Shown here in pieces: positions 44,101 to 58,000 of a stretch of 64,000 nucleotides of DNA. Every line of letters begins with the position of its first letter. Positions within the stretch are counted from its first letter, which is position 1. The position numbers and the translations under genes were made by a program. The DNA lies in NCBI RefSeq assembly GCF_009914755.1, contig NC_060926.1, one strand, 5' to 3'. The notes beneath the pieces are model-generated. The model did no database searches and was not told the DNA's origin. It saw only the letters and a program-made list of their open reading frames with translations. The DNA comes from the human T2T-CHM13v2.0 reference genome, Homo sapiens.

Positions 44101-47100
44101 GTCTTTTAAAATATTATTTATTATTTACATGATTTACACATATAAAAAATTCAAGCAGCACTTAAATGTGTAATGAAGAAAAATATTACCCCAAACCCTA
44201 ACATTTATAAAAAAATTATTAACTAATCAGCTTTCTGTTCTTGCAAATGAAGACATATGTGTTTAGAGAAACTAGAATATTTCTGTTGAAAAGTATTACA
44301 TTTTTTAAAAATGAGAAAGTGAAGTAAAACTAAACAAATGTTAAACATGTAATAAATGTTCCTTTACTGTAATATCTAGTATTTTTCAAAGTATCATGCA
44401 AGATTAAAAAGCGATTATGAAAATCATTAAGATAGTAAATAATTTACCTGTGGCCACACTGCTGGCAAATGATAGAACTGGCATTTGAATGGACACCTGT
44501 ATCCCCAGTCCTTTTCTGATATATGTTTCAAAAACCACAAGATTTAGTTTTCAATGTAGTTCTTGTTATGATGTAATCAGCATTCTTATTTTGCCTTATC
44601 ATCCAATTTTTACATTATAAATTTGATTTTATATTATTAGACTAATATTTAGATTCCATTGTACAACTATAGTTTTTATGGCATTTTAGTTTTAATTCAA
44701 TGTTTAAATAGATTCAATCTTCCTGTCAGCTTTATCTGGCTTCTTCAGTCTTAAATTTTTTCATTTTTATTAATCTTTTAATGGGTTGAATTTTCTCTTC
44801 CTGATTTTTTGCAAGAATGCAGCATGGGTGCTTTATTTCCTGAGTTAGTTTATATTTGAGGCCGTTTCTTGGTTGAATTTGTATTTGAATATCTTTTCTG
44901 AGTATAGTCTTTTTGGATCATATTTTATTTTCCATAAACTAAATAGATGCTTCTCTGGTATATTCTGCCACTGAATGCTGTGGTGAAGTTATCTAGAACC
45001 AGCTTAATTCCCTACCCTTGCTTGTTTATACATAAGTTTTACCTAGAAGACGGAGAGATTCATTCATAATAACAAGAATATACACTGATATCAATTGTTT
45101 TGTATCAATTTCCTTAATTAAACCATATACTTTCAACATTAAATTCTCAAATTTTTCACTGTAGGGAAATCTCATATTTTTAAGTACCTTTTTTTTTTTT
45201 CTATCCATTGAATTTTCTACTCCAGAGACACAAGCTATCCTCCTGCTGGATTTTTACTGCTGTCTCTCTTATCTATTGTATTCGGTCTAATTTATATCTT
45301 TGCATTCTTTGTGATTACCGCAAATCTTTATAGACTATTAATGTTATTTCAGCCCTATCTATTCTATTATTTGGTTTACTTATTAGTTTGACTTTTCAAT
45401 TTGCTGTCTTAGCACTGCAATTTCCTTTGTAATTTCATTCTGAATGAATTTCTAATTTTAGCAAGTTAATATTTTTACTGACTTGTTCAACAGCATGGAA
45501 CACTTACAGTGTAATAGCTTGCACGTCTTGGATGTGTTTCACATTGTCTTCTTTTCCTAGATTGTTTTTACTATGATTTTTTTTTCTTTCTCCTGTTTCA
45601 GAGACACACAGCTACTCCTAACATCCATTCTTTCCTTCTACGAAGTAATAGGGGCCTAATTTTGGGTGCATGGCTATTTGAATTAAAATTCTCTTTTTCA
45701 GCCTCCTTTGGAGGTAGGTATGGTTATGAGGTTAAGGTTATGTTCTTGGCATTTGATGTAATTAGAAATGTCTTTAATGTCTTAGTCCTTTAAGAGGTGC
45801 TGTATGCCCTTTTTTCTCCTTTTCCTGCTGCCTGAAATATGAATACAAGGCTGTAACTTAAATGGTCATTTTAGAGCTGTCACTACATGTTGAAACCTGG
45901 ATCTCCGATTACGTTGGTAGCAGCCTTAAAAATGTGGACATTTTTCTACAGACCCTTTTAACATGAGATTAATAATTATGTTGTTTAAATTGCCATATTT
46001 CAGAGTTTCTTTTGATTGTAGCTAAAACTAATCCTGCTAGTCTTCCTCCATTCCCTTTTCCCTGCCTGTCTCATTTTTCTTTCTTTTCTGGTTACTTCTT
46101 TGCATAATTTCAGACCATTTTTCTTTTTCATTTTGCTCACGCTTGGCAGTTCTGTTGCGGCTTTTTGGCTGTCATGTTCTGTGGGAGATTTCTCTGTTAT
46201 TCCCTTCTGAGACGTCTTTGGGTTCCTCTCTGAGTTACAGTCTGTGAGCAGGGTTTTATGCTGTGTGCATTCCTCTGTAGCATGAGAGGTGAAGCACGTG
46301 TGTAGAAGTGGGACCTTCTGAGGCAGTGTGCCCCCTTGGAGATGGGGATACAGGTGTGCATTTAAGTGCCAATTCTATCATTTGCCAGCAGTGTGGCCAC
46401 AGGTAAATTATTTAACTGTGCTGAATCCCAACTTCCCCATTAGTAAAGGGACGTAAAATATTAAATTCTTTCCTGCTTCACAGTGTTTGGAGGACCAAGT
46501 AAGACAATAAACTAAAGGTTTAGAACTTTGCTGGTGGATCTGCAGTCTGTGTCAGAGCATAGTTACCACTATCATTATCATCTATTCTGCCGCTGCTTCT
46601 TAGCTGTTGTTAAATGTTGTACATTGAGTATGCTCTACATAGTCAAGTGTGCATCATTTTGCCAGGATAGGTACCCTTGACCTTTGAGGCTTTCTGCCAA
46701 TCTCGTGTGGGGTTCTGGAGTATTCCTGCTCCTCAGACATGCAGATATGTGTGCTTCCTTTCTAGTTGCTCTAGTTCTTCACCAGACATTTCCATTCCTT
46801 TCAAATCAGGAAAGAGAAATGCTAGTAGCACCCACTTATATCCCTTCTCTAAAGACTTGGGGATGTTAGTGAGAGTGTTTGAGATTCTGTCAACTCAAAA
46901 ATGTAACATCATAAAAGTGAAAACAGGATTCATTTCTGTGGGACCCAAATCATCTGTTTCATTCCTTGGTCATGTTGAAGTTTATAAACTTTGCTTGTGA
47001 TCTTCATTGTCTATTGTTCTTTTTGTTTTAGTTATGTTTTGTTCCTGCTTGTAGAAGATTTACATTTTTAATTTTTATTTAATTCAGTTTACCTTTTATT

Positions 47101-47240
47101 TTTTAGTTATGCCTTGTACAGAAGGCTTTCTTTCATTCTAGGATTAAAATATATTGTTTTTTATGCCATTTTTATATTTTGATAATGTTCAGTCTTTAAA
47201 TTATCTGGAATTTGTTTTGTTGAGGACAGTTAAAGACATA

Positions 47241-47484
47241 CAGTTGTCCTTGAATAAAACAGGTTTGAACTACATAGGTCCAAATATAGGCAGATTTTTT
47301 TTCAACCAAATTCAGATCAAAATACAGTATTCAAGGAATACAAAATCTGTGTTTAAGGAGAGACAACTTTTCATGTAAGTGGTTTCCTCAGGGCTGACTA
47401 TGGGACTCAAATGTGCTCAGATTTTTCTAGGGGGTGGTGGTCGAGTTTTGGAACTAGTCTCCCACATACACTTCAAGATGACTA
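47241..47484. mobile_element. MER8-like (Tigger2 derivative)
   Basis: cagttgtccttgaataaaacaggtttgaactacataggtcca...; flanked by TA; about 240 bp. Confidence 0.7.
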
Positions 47485-47996
47485 TAATTTGTTAATTTTT
47501 TTCCAAATGAATAACTAATTTTATTAATACTATTCATTGAATTGGCTAACCTTTCACTGCCAGACTAGCAAGACTCCTTTATGTTAAACTGTTTCTACTT
47601 ATATGAATCTGTTTCTGGATTATATTTTGTTCCATTTATCTATTTGTCTAGTATCGGCACACTGATATATGTCTAAATGATCATAGATTCGTCATATGAG
47701 AAAACCATAATCATGTATAATTATCATATATTGTAAAAATAAGTTATGACTATTACGTGAAGTATCATATATTGTATGAAATAAATTCTCTTATTTTCAG
47801 AATTTTTTCATTTTTGTGTGTATGTATTTGGTCTTTCAAATGATGTCAGATTTCCTGTTGAGGTTTTTACTGGGCTTTCTTTGTAATTTAAAATTATTTC
47901 TTATTCCTTTAGTATATGACATTCTGTTTCTTTAGGCTATTACATTCTTCAGTACAGTTTATGGTTATATTCACATAGGTCTTACCCATCACTTAT

Positions 47997-48796
47997 TGAT
48001 ATGGGACGGGGGAAGGGAAGTGGTAGGTAGAGAAGAACGGGGTCCGTGGCCAGGGCTCCACCCTCAGGCCTGTGCCCACAGACCTAAGTGAGAACAGGCA
48101 CTCCTGTTTTCAAGTCCAAATGTTTCATTTTCCAAGACCAGTCTGGCCCACCACACCTCCCTGTCCTATCCCCATATAAGCCCAAGACCTCAGCGGGCAC
48201 ACATACAAGTGGCTGGGTGTGGAGAGGAGCAGAAGAACACACCAGCAGACACTGGTAGACCAGTGACGGTAGAACGATGTGGACGCCAGGGAAGTTCAGC
48301 TGCGAGCCATCAAAGGAATCTGGCCTCTGGGCAGCCTGACTCCAGGGGAAAACCACTTTCCCACTCCATCTCCCTTCCAGATCCCTATCCCTCTAGCTAA
48401 GAGCCACCTCAACCACTCAATAAAACCTTGCACTCATTCTCTGAGCCCACAAGTGATCCGATGTTTTTGGTACACTAGGGTAAGAACCCAGGATACAGAA
48501 AGCCCTCTGTCCTTGTGATTAGGCAGAGGGTCTAATTGAGCTAATTAACACAAGCCACCTGCAGACAGCAAAGCTGAAAGACTGCACTGTAACACATGCC
48601 AACTTGGGCTTTGGGAGTTGTTAACACTCACCCCTAGATGGTACCGTGGGGTCAGAGCCCAAAAGCACTCCCCACGACCATGTGCCTGTCTGGTCTGCAT
48701 GCTCCCCTAGGGGTTTGAGCAGTAGGGCACTGAAGAAGCAAGCCACACCCCTGTTGTACTCCCTGCCAAGGGAGATAAGGGAACTCTCCTATTTCA
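47997..48796 (+). mobile_element. ERV1 solo LTR (LTR9-family-like)
   Basis: TG...CA ends, 800 bp, perfect 4-bp TSD ttat (47993-47996 / 48797-48800). TATA-like catataag at ~48173 and caataaa at ~48418. Confidence 0.8.
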
Positions 48797-49837
48797 TTAT
48801 GAGATTACTTCAAATGTTCTTAATAGTTTTATTTGCTATTATGAAGGAGATCCTTTTGAACTTTTCTCTACCTTGTTATCAGTGTATATACAGTAAAGCT
48901 ATTGATTTTCTAAGTTATATTTGGATCAACCACCATACTAAATTTTGATAGTTTCTTGTTACAGTTTTCCTGTTAATTCTCTGAATTTTGTAGTTTAAAA
49001 TTTTGTCATCTAGTCTTCTCCTTGCCAATATTTATACTGCTTCTTCCTATTACTTTTATTATTGCCTGACTAGAACTATATTGAATAGTAGCTATCTTAT
49101 TGCAAATTCCTTTTTTATATCCAGTTTTAATGAGAATTCTAATAATATTTCAACAGTAAATGTGAGTTTTGCTTTAGTTTTTATGGGTTTTCTAGTTTTT
49201 TCTTTATGGATATATTATCTGTTCTATTAGCTTTGTGAGACTTCTCTTTCTCCCCATATATATGTGGGGGGGATATATATATGTATAATCACACAACCAC
49301 ATTTGTATATATAAATAGTAGCTGCAAATTTAACTTAGATTACTTTTGTTTCCTTGTTTTATTTTTTATTTCATGTCCTTTTGTTGCTGTTATTGATATT
49401 ATAGTAACGTATAACATGAACTAATATTTTTCAGGTGTTTTCTACATGCCAAGAACAGTTTCAAGTACATTATAAGTTTTAAGTCCATTAATCTTCACAA
49501 AGAAAACTAAAAAGAGATACTATTATTTTGACAAATAGATACAATAGATACTAGGCACCTAGGATGCTATAGTGTACAAAACAAACAAAAATCTGTTTTT
49601 ATTGAACTTATGTTCTTTTAACTTCTTTATTTAGATACGAGAAACTGAGTGATTTAACCAAGGTAGAACAATTACCAAAAAGAAATGACATGGACTTAAA
49701 AATTAATAAATTCATTTTCAGAACTTAAAACTTTAAACCACTACCCTTTACAAATATTTGTTCACCTGATTCTACTAGGTATTTTGTTTGCAATAGCCTG
49801 GCAGTGTGGAGGAAGGTAGGCAATGATTCCTGGAGCT

Positions 49838-50537
49838 GTACACCGGCAAAGAAAAACAAAGCCAGGTACTAATTAAAGAGGTCAGAACAGGTTTTATTCA
49901 GTACCTTTTGGAAACGGACGAAGAGTCCAGTGTGAACTAAACCCTGGAAACAAAAGGCTAGATGTTTTTTAAAGGCTGGAGTGTGCTAAGAGCAAAGCAC
50001 TGAGGGATGTTAAGGGAACCTCTCTTAACCATGGGACTACCTAGATTTGTAAATCAGTGCTCACTGGAAGAAGAAAGAAACTTCTACTTTCATGACAGAA
50101 GGCAATGGGGCAAGTTGAAGCAAGGTGCCCACTGAAAGTAGGTCCTATCCCCCCACGGGACTGGGAGTAGGAACATGAGTTATCTTCCCTGAATGTTCTC
50201 ATTTCAAAAATACAACTCTGAGATCTTTAAGAAAACCATTTGGGGTCGTAGACTTACAGCTTTAAAGGCAGAGAAAGTATTCATAATTGCAAGCTTTCTA
50301 AAGTAACTGTTCTATAGGGGGTTCAGAGGCCTATCTGCATATCAACAAAGTTTGGCTGGAACAAACCATAAACTCACCTGCCAGCAGTGAGCTGAGGCAG
50401 GCATTTTAAAAGTAGAGGTTGGAGAGGTAGGGTCATCCTAAGGACACAGCCTTAAGCTGCCAGAAGTCATGCTAGAGTTTGCCAAGTCTCTCAGAGCAGA
50501 GGGTTGGATGGAGTTGTTATGGGCCAAGGGTCCTACA
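49838..50537 (-). mobile_element. Old ERVL-type LTR (MER76/77-like)
   Basis: tgta...taca ends, ttttattc poly(A) signal on the minus strand, and GC-richer than the flanks. Confidence 0.45.
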
Positions 50538-52806
50538 GTTCTTAACACCCATAGCTGTGGTCTGGTTGTGGAGGTTATCTGCCACTCCTGGGGTCTGTTA
50601 CTACTTGGGCCACTGTACGTATGCTTGATGCTTTCTTCCAGGGATGCTTATCCTTGCTGTTTCTTATTAAGCCCAAGTCAGGGAAAGAGGGCTTAATTGC
50701 TATACATATATTAAACATTCCAATTGTTGCTTCTTACTGCTGTACTTCACTTGTGCTACTTCCAAACTAATCTCTATCTTTACAGCAGTCCACTTGCGGG
50801 TGATTTAGCAGGTTGTTCTGGTTTCACCTGTATGTCTGCATCATCCAATTTGTTTTCTACTTTTGGGTGATATCAACTATTCTTCTGCAGATGACAGTGT
50901 ATCATGTTTTCCTACATTGCTATGGATTAATCCTCTAACTTTCTCTTTATTCTCTAGATCTTTATTTCCATCTCTAGGTACCATCTATTTGTATTTTTTG
51001 TAATCACATGGGACTTGGGCAGAACTCAGTGCTTGATTCTCTATCTTGATCTAGTCAGTCTTTCTTTTCAAAGTAGAATTGTGAACTTTGAAAAAAAATA
51101 CCTATGAGCTTTATACCCTTAACAGAATATAGATTATGTTTTATTGAGTTGCATTTGTATCGTATTTGCTTATTTCATAGGCACTGAAATCTTTCCAGTC
51201 TTTTTTGGTATAGGTTCTTCTTATGAATACCCTTAAAAAGTGGAAGCTAGTTCTATTAGCCCTCAGTCTCAACAATAGCATAAATTTTGTAATTATGTCA
51301 TTATCTGTGAATATTACATCATCGTTGAGGTTCATGTCTTCTATTTTAATAACATTCTGCAAACTCTTTATCACAGAGCTATAATCCTGGCTTATTTTTA
51401 TATCTTCTATCATAGGTCTCAAAGAGCTTCTATAAACTCTAGCTACATCTCAAGGTTATTAATCTTATTTGGACACGAAGGACTTGACAGTCACAGGTTA
51501 AAAGCAGTGTGTGAGCAGCAGGAACTGAGTCCACACATCCTAATTCCTGTCCAGTGCCCCATTTACTGCTTAATCTTTCACAGGTCCTGTCTGAGGCATG
51601 CCACATTTATTTCACAGCTGCAGAGCCTAAAACAGTGTAATAAACAGAGGTACAAAATAATGATCCAAAATTCTAATCACAAATTACAATATTTAATTAT
51701 TTGCTTCTTTTCAATATATCCCTTAATTAATTGAATCTAATATTCCTTTTTGACAAGCCAGCTCTTTTCATTACTTTTTAACAAATAACTACTAAATAAC
51801 TCTGCTGGTCTAAGAACAATTGGCATAGATTTGAAAGCACACTTGCAATGAATTATTTCCAAATTGTAAATGAATTCTCTTTACGTCTTTCTCTTTACCT
51901 GACCCCCAAAACATAAACTCTGCTTTCTTATATTTTAAGCTGTCAGCTTTGACCCCATGTTCAATTTGGTGGGGGGTTGTTTGTTGTCATTGTTCCTCCG
52001 CTCATTTTTGAACTGAGAAATAAGATCATTTTTAAAAATCAGATACTTATGAAAATTCATCAAATAAGATCTATCTTAAAATTTAGTATATGAAAGATTT
52101 GATGTTGCCTTTCACCTACTGTGATAAATACTGGGAAGATTAGGAGAAGGTGACCTAAGTGTACCATTTTCTCTCTTCTATTAATTCCATTCAACTACAC
52201 ACACAGAGAGGTGGCAGATGACAGGTAAAGCTGAGAGCAGAGAGAATTTGCCATGCCTTCACAGGTTACGCTGTACTATGTGAGTGAGAACAATGGAAAG
52301 AAGAAATAATGGGAATATCTGGACTTCCAGAATTCTGAATAAAATAATGATTAGTCTGTGTTATGTCATTCCAAAGAAAAAAAAAACAGGAGGGCAGTGT
52401 ATATTATGCACCAACCATGTGATAAGGTTTTCAAAACTTTAAAAATCATTTTCATGATTTTCTTCTTTTTGCAGAAATAAAGAATCCTATAGTCTTAAAA
52501 AGAAAGCAGCACTGGGAACAGCTTTTTTTTTTTTCAAAACTTTTATCATTGAAATAAACGCTAAGAAAAATGAGACACAGGAAAATGCCATTACAGAGAA
52601 GAGCGGAGTTAAGTATGGCTATGATCATACTTGAGAAATTCAGTTATATCAAACTGAAAATACATTAGCCGTGTTGATTAGATACAGAGGACGTGAAGTA
52701 GGTCTAATACAGCCCTAGATTCTTTTATTTAAAATTTTAGCAGGTATTGGTAACAGGTTGTTTTTCCCTGTTTGAATTGTTTTCCCTTACAATTAAGAAG
52801 GTTATA

Positions 52807-53072
52807 TCTTAATTGTAAACATGGCTCTTTTCCAAATTTCTGTCAATATTTTCTAGCATCTCATGTCCAGAACTGGACCTCATGATTATTTTTAAATTAT
52901 TCTAAATACAAGGATAGAGTTTTGTTTCTTTTGTTTTTGTCTTCTAAGCATATTTGAGTTTATAATATTTAAATTTTAAACTTTCTGTAATTTTGACTTC
53001 CTCAATATTTTTAATATTTATATCATATTTCACCATTTTTATGATTGCCTAAAATATTTTCTATAAATAATA
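52807..53072 (+). repeat. ~265-bp diverged direct repeat, copy 1
   Basis: Aligns by eye to 54009-54271. Confidence 0.9.
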
Positions 53073-53719
53073 AGATTATCAGTATTTTCAAGGTTGAGTA
53101 AATAGGCTAATTATATATCTTTATATTTGTATTGCTAAGGTCTGGTTTTATGGCTCGTCAAAATTCAGTATTAAGAGATAGATGACACTCAGGAAAAAAA
53201 ACAGATAAAAATAAGAACAAAATAGTAATTATTGATGACTTTAAATTGTGTTCAACTATGTGTGTTCTATTTAGGTAAATAGCAATTATTGATATAATAC
53301 CACATCCACTTAGTAATTAATATTTTTTCTTTTGGTTTTGGCCACATAGGAAATTTTACAAACCATGGAAACAGAACTCTCAAGTTTGCACTTAAAGTAA
53401 TTAATCTGCAACTCATATCCATATTAAAATGAGTCTGATATTATTGACCCACTTCCCCTGAGCCAGCTTTCCCCTTTATCTTGTTCAGTCTGGCTTCCTC
53501 CCTAAATAAAATACTTAAACCACAGTTACTAAGGTCTTTAAATATCTTACATAATGTCTCTAAAATCTATCCCTGTGTCATGTACATATTCCAGTGGTTT
53601 ACACTCTACTGTTGCCTAAGTCCTGCCACTTTAATAAGTTAATCCCCAGAATCCAGAACATATACATACCCATTCACACACATTATGCATTTTTATCATA
53701 TTTTCTGGGCTATGAGGTC

Positions 53720-54100
53720 CTAATATTGAGGATATTTCAGCTGCAAGAAAAGTCTAGCTTAAATATGATGTAATTAACTAGCTCATGTAATGAAGTACAA
53801 GTGTAGGGTAGTTCTCTAGGTTAGTTGATTGAGAAACTCAATAATTTCCTCAAGTGTCCAGCCTCTTGTTATTACTTATCTCTGCAAACCACAGCCACAT
53901 ATAAGACTGGTTCTCTTAATGGTCTTAAAGTATCTCTGAGGAGGAAGATCTACATTGTTCCTTCTTCCTGTTCATAAGGATAGAAGGACATGCTCCCTGG
54001 AAGTTCTCTCTTAATTGTAAATATGACTCTTTTCCAAATTTCTGCCAATGTTTTCTAGCATCTCATCGCCAGAATAGGACCACATGATTATTTCTGAATC
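53720..54100 (-). mobile_element. Old MLT1-like LTR fragment
   Basis: tttcagctgcaag...ctagcttaaa...gctcatgtaa...catctcatcgccagaataggaccacatg. Confidence 0.45.
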
Positions 54101-54271
54101 ATTTCAAAGAGAATAGAGCTTTGTTCCTTTTGTTTTTTTGTCTTCTAAGTATATTTGAGTTTACAATTTTTAAATTTTGAACATTCTGTGATTTGTACTT
54201 CCTCATTTAAAAAAATTTATATCATATTTCACCATTTTTAATTGTCAATATATAATTTTCTATAAATAATA
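54009..54271 (+). repeat. ~265-bp diverged direct repeat, copy 2
   Basis: Aligns by eye to 52807-53072. Confidence 0.9.
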
Positions 54272-54929
54272 TGATAAGTAATGAAAGGGCTGATTTATAG
54301 GGGTGGTTCTTTGTTTTATAAGTAAATGAGAAAAATGAATGATTTAAAAAAATTAAGTTCAAGGATGGTAAATGCAGAAGTTAAAGTACCTGCTTATAGA
54401 AACTGGTGATACTTTGAAGTTTTATTGTGGAATGAGAAACGGATATGACAAAACCTATTTTAATGAAGAATAAGAGATTTGATAATTAGCCAATTTAATA
54501 ATACTGGAACTAAGAGGAGTCCCTTGACACTGGAAAGATCTGTTTAAAACAAATAAAGGATGCGCCCCCTTAAACTTCTGACAGAAGATCAAACCAGTAA
54601 AAATGTTACTGGTGCCTAAGATGCCATGGCAATGTACTAAGAATCATAGAGAATGCCAGACATGGAAGACAGTTTCTTACCATAAAGAAACTTAAATATA
54701 GAAGGTTTAGAAGATCATGTGAAAAATTGAACAGCAATAACAAAATAATTAAGCAATACTTGAAGACAGCCACTGTAGATGTCTTATAATTAAATACATC
54801 ATAATTTGCCAAGAGAATTACTCTGATAATAATGCCAACTAGAGGTCATATGGGAAAAATCATTAAATGAACATACAAAATTCATTAATTAGAAAGTTAC
54901 TACACGTCAAAACATCAGTTTTGTATTTA

Positions 54930-57620
54930 TTGCTAATACCACCAAACATTTGAGGAAGAAGCAATAAAAATCTTGTACAAACTCAAAGTATAAGAGGAGG
55001 GAATACTACATTATGAAGTTGGCATATCCTTGATACCAAAAACTGAACAAAGATATTAAAAGAAAATTACAAATATTCCTCCAGAATGTAGATCCAAGTA
55101 TCTTAAAACAATATTCACAAATATATTTGTATGCTTTATATATTCAAATAAACTTAAAAGCAAAACGAAAAAAAACCCAATATGTTAAAAGACATATTGA
55201 CCAAGTGGAGTTTGTTTTAGGCAGACAAGGCTGTTTTAATATTTTAAAGTCCAGCAGCATAATTTACTACATTAGCAGAATAAAAGAGAAAAATCACGAT
55301 ACAGAAAAGGTATTTGAAAACATTCATACATATCCATGTTTTTAAAAAAGTCAGTGAACTAGTAGTTCTTAGAAGGAAATGTCCTCAACCTGAAATACAG
55401 GGTATCTATGAAAATCCCACAACTAACATCTTACTGAATGGTAAAATTTTGAATGCTTTCCTCTTTAGATCAGAAATGAGGCAAAGATGTATTCTTACAA
55501 CTTCTATTTAACTTTGCATTGGCAGTTTCAGAGAATACAGTAAGACAGGGAGAAAAAGCAAAAGGAATATAGGCAAGCAATTAAGAAGTAAAAGTCCCTT
55601 TATTTGGAGACAATGTGATTTAAACAATCATCAAATGTATGTTTTGATATATAGTAACTTTCTAATAAAGAATTTCTTATGTTCATTTAATGATTTTTTT
55701 TCCCTATGACCTGTAACAGAAATTATTATCTGGGTAATTCAGTTGGCAAATTATAATGTATTTAATTATAAGCCATCTAGAGTGGCTCTCTTCAACTATT
55801 GTTTAATGATGTAGAAAATCCTAAGGAATCTATTTTAAAACTAGAATTTATAAGGGAACTTAGCAAGATCACAGGAGACAAGGTCAATATACAAAATTAA
55901 ATTGTATTGCTATTCTTAGCAGCAGTCAATTGGAAAATGAGATAATACCATTTATATTAGTGCAAAAAACCATAATATACTCACAAATAACTTTCAAATA
56001 AGCAGTGCAAGATATCTGCACTATAAACAACAAATCACTTAGACAACTTTTTTAAAACCTGAAAAACTGGAGAAACATACAATATTATTTTGAAAACAAT
56101 ATTATTTTCAATTTTCCCCCATTTGATGTATATATTTCATGCAATTCAATCAAAATCTCAGTTATACTTTTGTAGAAATTGATAAGTTAAATGTAGAATA
56201 CAAATGAAAACGGGACCTGGAATAGCCTACACACATTGAAAACAATGAGCAAATTTAGAGGACTTACATGCCTATTTTCAAGACTTGTTATAAAGGTACA
56301 TTAATCAAGACAGTGTGGTATTAGAATAACAGCATATTTACAGGTCAACATAGCAAAATAGGAAATCCAAAAATAGATTAACACATATATGGTTAACTGA
56401 TTTTCAACAAAGAGATCAATGCACCTCAATGGGGAAAAAATCATTTCAACAAATGATGCTGGTTAAAAGTGTGGGGGAAGAAAGTGAACCTCAACCCAAC
56501 CTCACACCACACACAATAATTTGAGATGATTCATAAGCTTACACATAAAACTTAACATATAAAGCTTCTGAAGAGTCATAAAAGAACAACTTTATGTTCT
56601 GAAGTATGCAAAAAAATTCCTGGGCACAAAAGCACGAATTCAAAATAGAAAAAAATAAAGGAAGGGTTATATAAGTTTTACCAAAATTAAGAACTTCTGC
56701 TTATTGAAAGCTGCCATTAATAAAGTCAAATCACTGGATTGGAGAATATAGTTTCAAGACATGAATTTTACAACAGACATATTCAGACTATATAATGAAT
56801 TCCTATGAATCAGCAATATAAAGAAGACAACCAAATTTTTTAAATGGCTGTGAGACAAATTTTTCAAAAAAGAAAATTATCCAATAAGCATATGAAAAAT
56901 GCTTCACATCTTCAGTCACAAGGAAAATGCAAATTGAAACTTTAGTGAGATACTGTCTTCATACTCACAAAAATAACCCAAATTTTAAAAACTGATAATG
57001 TTGGGAGGATATGTAGCACCTGGTACTCATACATTGCTGGTGGGAGTATAAAATGGAGTCAGTTTAGAAAGCTATCTGACAGCTTCTTACAAAATTAAAC
57101 ATACACATTTACTATAACCTAGCAATTGCATTTTAAAATATTGTCCCAAGATAAATGAAAGCATGTTCATAAGAAGACATACAAAAATGTTCCCATTGGC
57201 TTTATTCATAAAAATAAATAACTGAAAAAACCCAATGTACATTATCAAAAGAGTGGATAAATAAATCATAGCATATTTAAAGAATGGAAAATAACTCCAC
57301 AATAAAACATAACAGTTACTGATATATGCAATGCTATTTGATGAATCTCAAAAAAAATTATGTTGAGCAAAAGAAGCTAGACACAAAAAATTGCTATATA
57401 TTGCATTTTATGAAGTTCTAGAATAAGCAAAATTAGTCTATAGTGAAGAAAAGCAGAATTGGTTACTTCCAGTAGAGTTGTAGGGTGGGAGGAGAACAGG
57501 AAGAGATAATAGAAATATTCTGCACTACTGTGTGGCTACCTGGGTGTATACACTTCTCAAAGTTCATCAGATTATATACTTAAGATACGTGCATTTCATT
57601 GCATGTGAATTGTGTCTCAT
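54930..57620 (+). mobile_element. Old L1 (L1MC/MD/ME-like), ORF2 and 3'UTR, degenerate
   Basis: ORF2-like GIYENPTTNILLNGKILNAFLFRS; caagacagtgtggta; aaggaaaatgcaaattgaaac; 3' end acttaagatacgtgcatttcattg. Confidence 0.85.
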
Positions 57621-57655
57621 TATTTTACAAAATATAGCAATGGAAAATCCATATA

Positions 57656-58000
57656 CAGGCATGTGACACTTAATGACAGAGATATATTCTGAGAAATGTG
57701 TCTTTAAGAGATTTAGTCACACAAATATAATAGAGTGTACTTACACAAACCTACATGGTATGGCCTACTATACCCTTATGCTAGATGGAATAGCCTATTG
57801 TTCCTAGGGTGCAAACCTGTACAGCATGTTACTGTACTGAATACTGCAGGTAATTTTACCACAATGTAAGAATTTATTTATCTAAACACATCTACACATA
57901 GAAAAGGTACAATTAAAGTATGGTGGGTTTTATAGTATTTTAGGACTATCATCACATATGTGGTCTGTCAGTAACAGAAACATTACGCAGCACATGACTA
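57656..58000. mobile_element. Tigger3a/MER7A-like DNA transposon
   Basis: caggcatg...catgacta termini flanked by TA; atagagtgtacttacacaaaccta. Confidence 0.8.

Noticed and set aside
47720-47785. Short duplicated motif tatcatatattgta
   Set aside because: Tiny low-complexity slippage event within old L1 sequence.
51141-51422. 93-aa protein-looking minus-strand ORF in unique AT-rich DNA
   Set aside because: No recognisable domain or clear splice signals. Several open stretches of this length are expected by chance across six frames of 64 kb.
55620-55806. piggyBac assignment based on the TTAA at both ends
   Set aside because: The sequence inside the TTAAs lacks the CCC...GGG termini of known human piggyBac MITEs (MER75/MER85).
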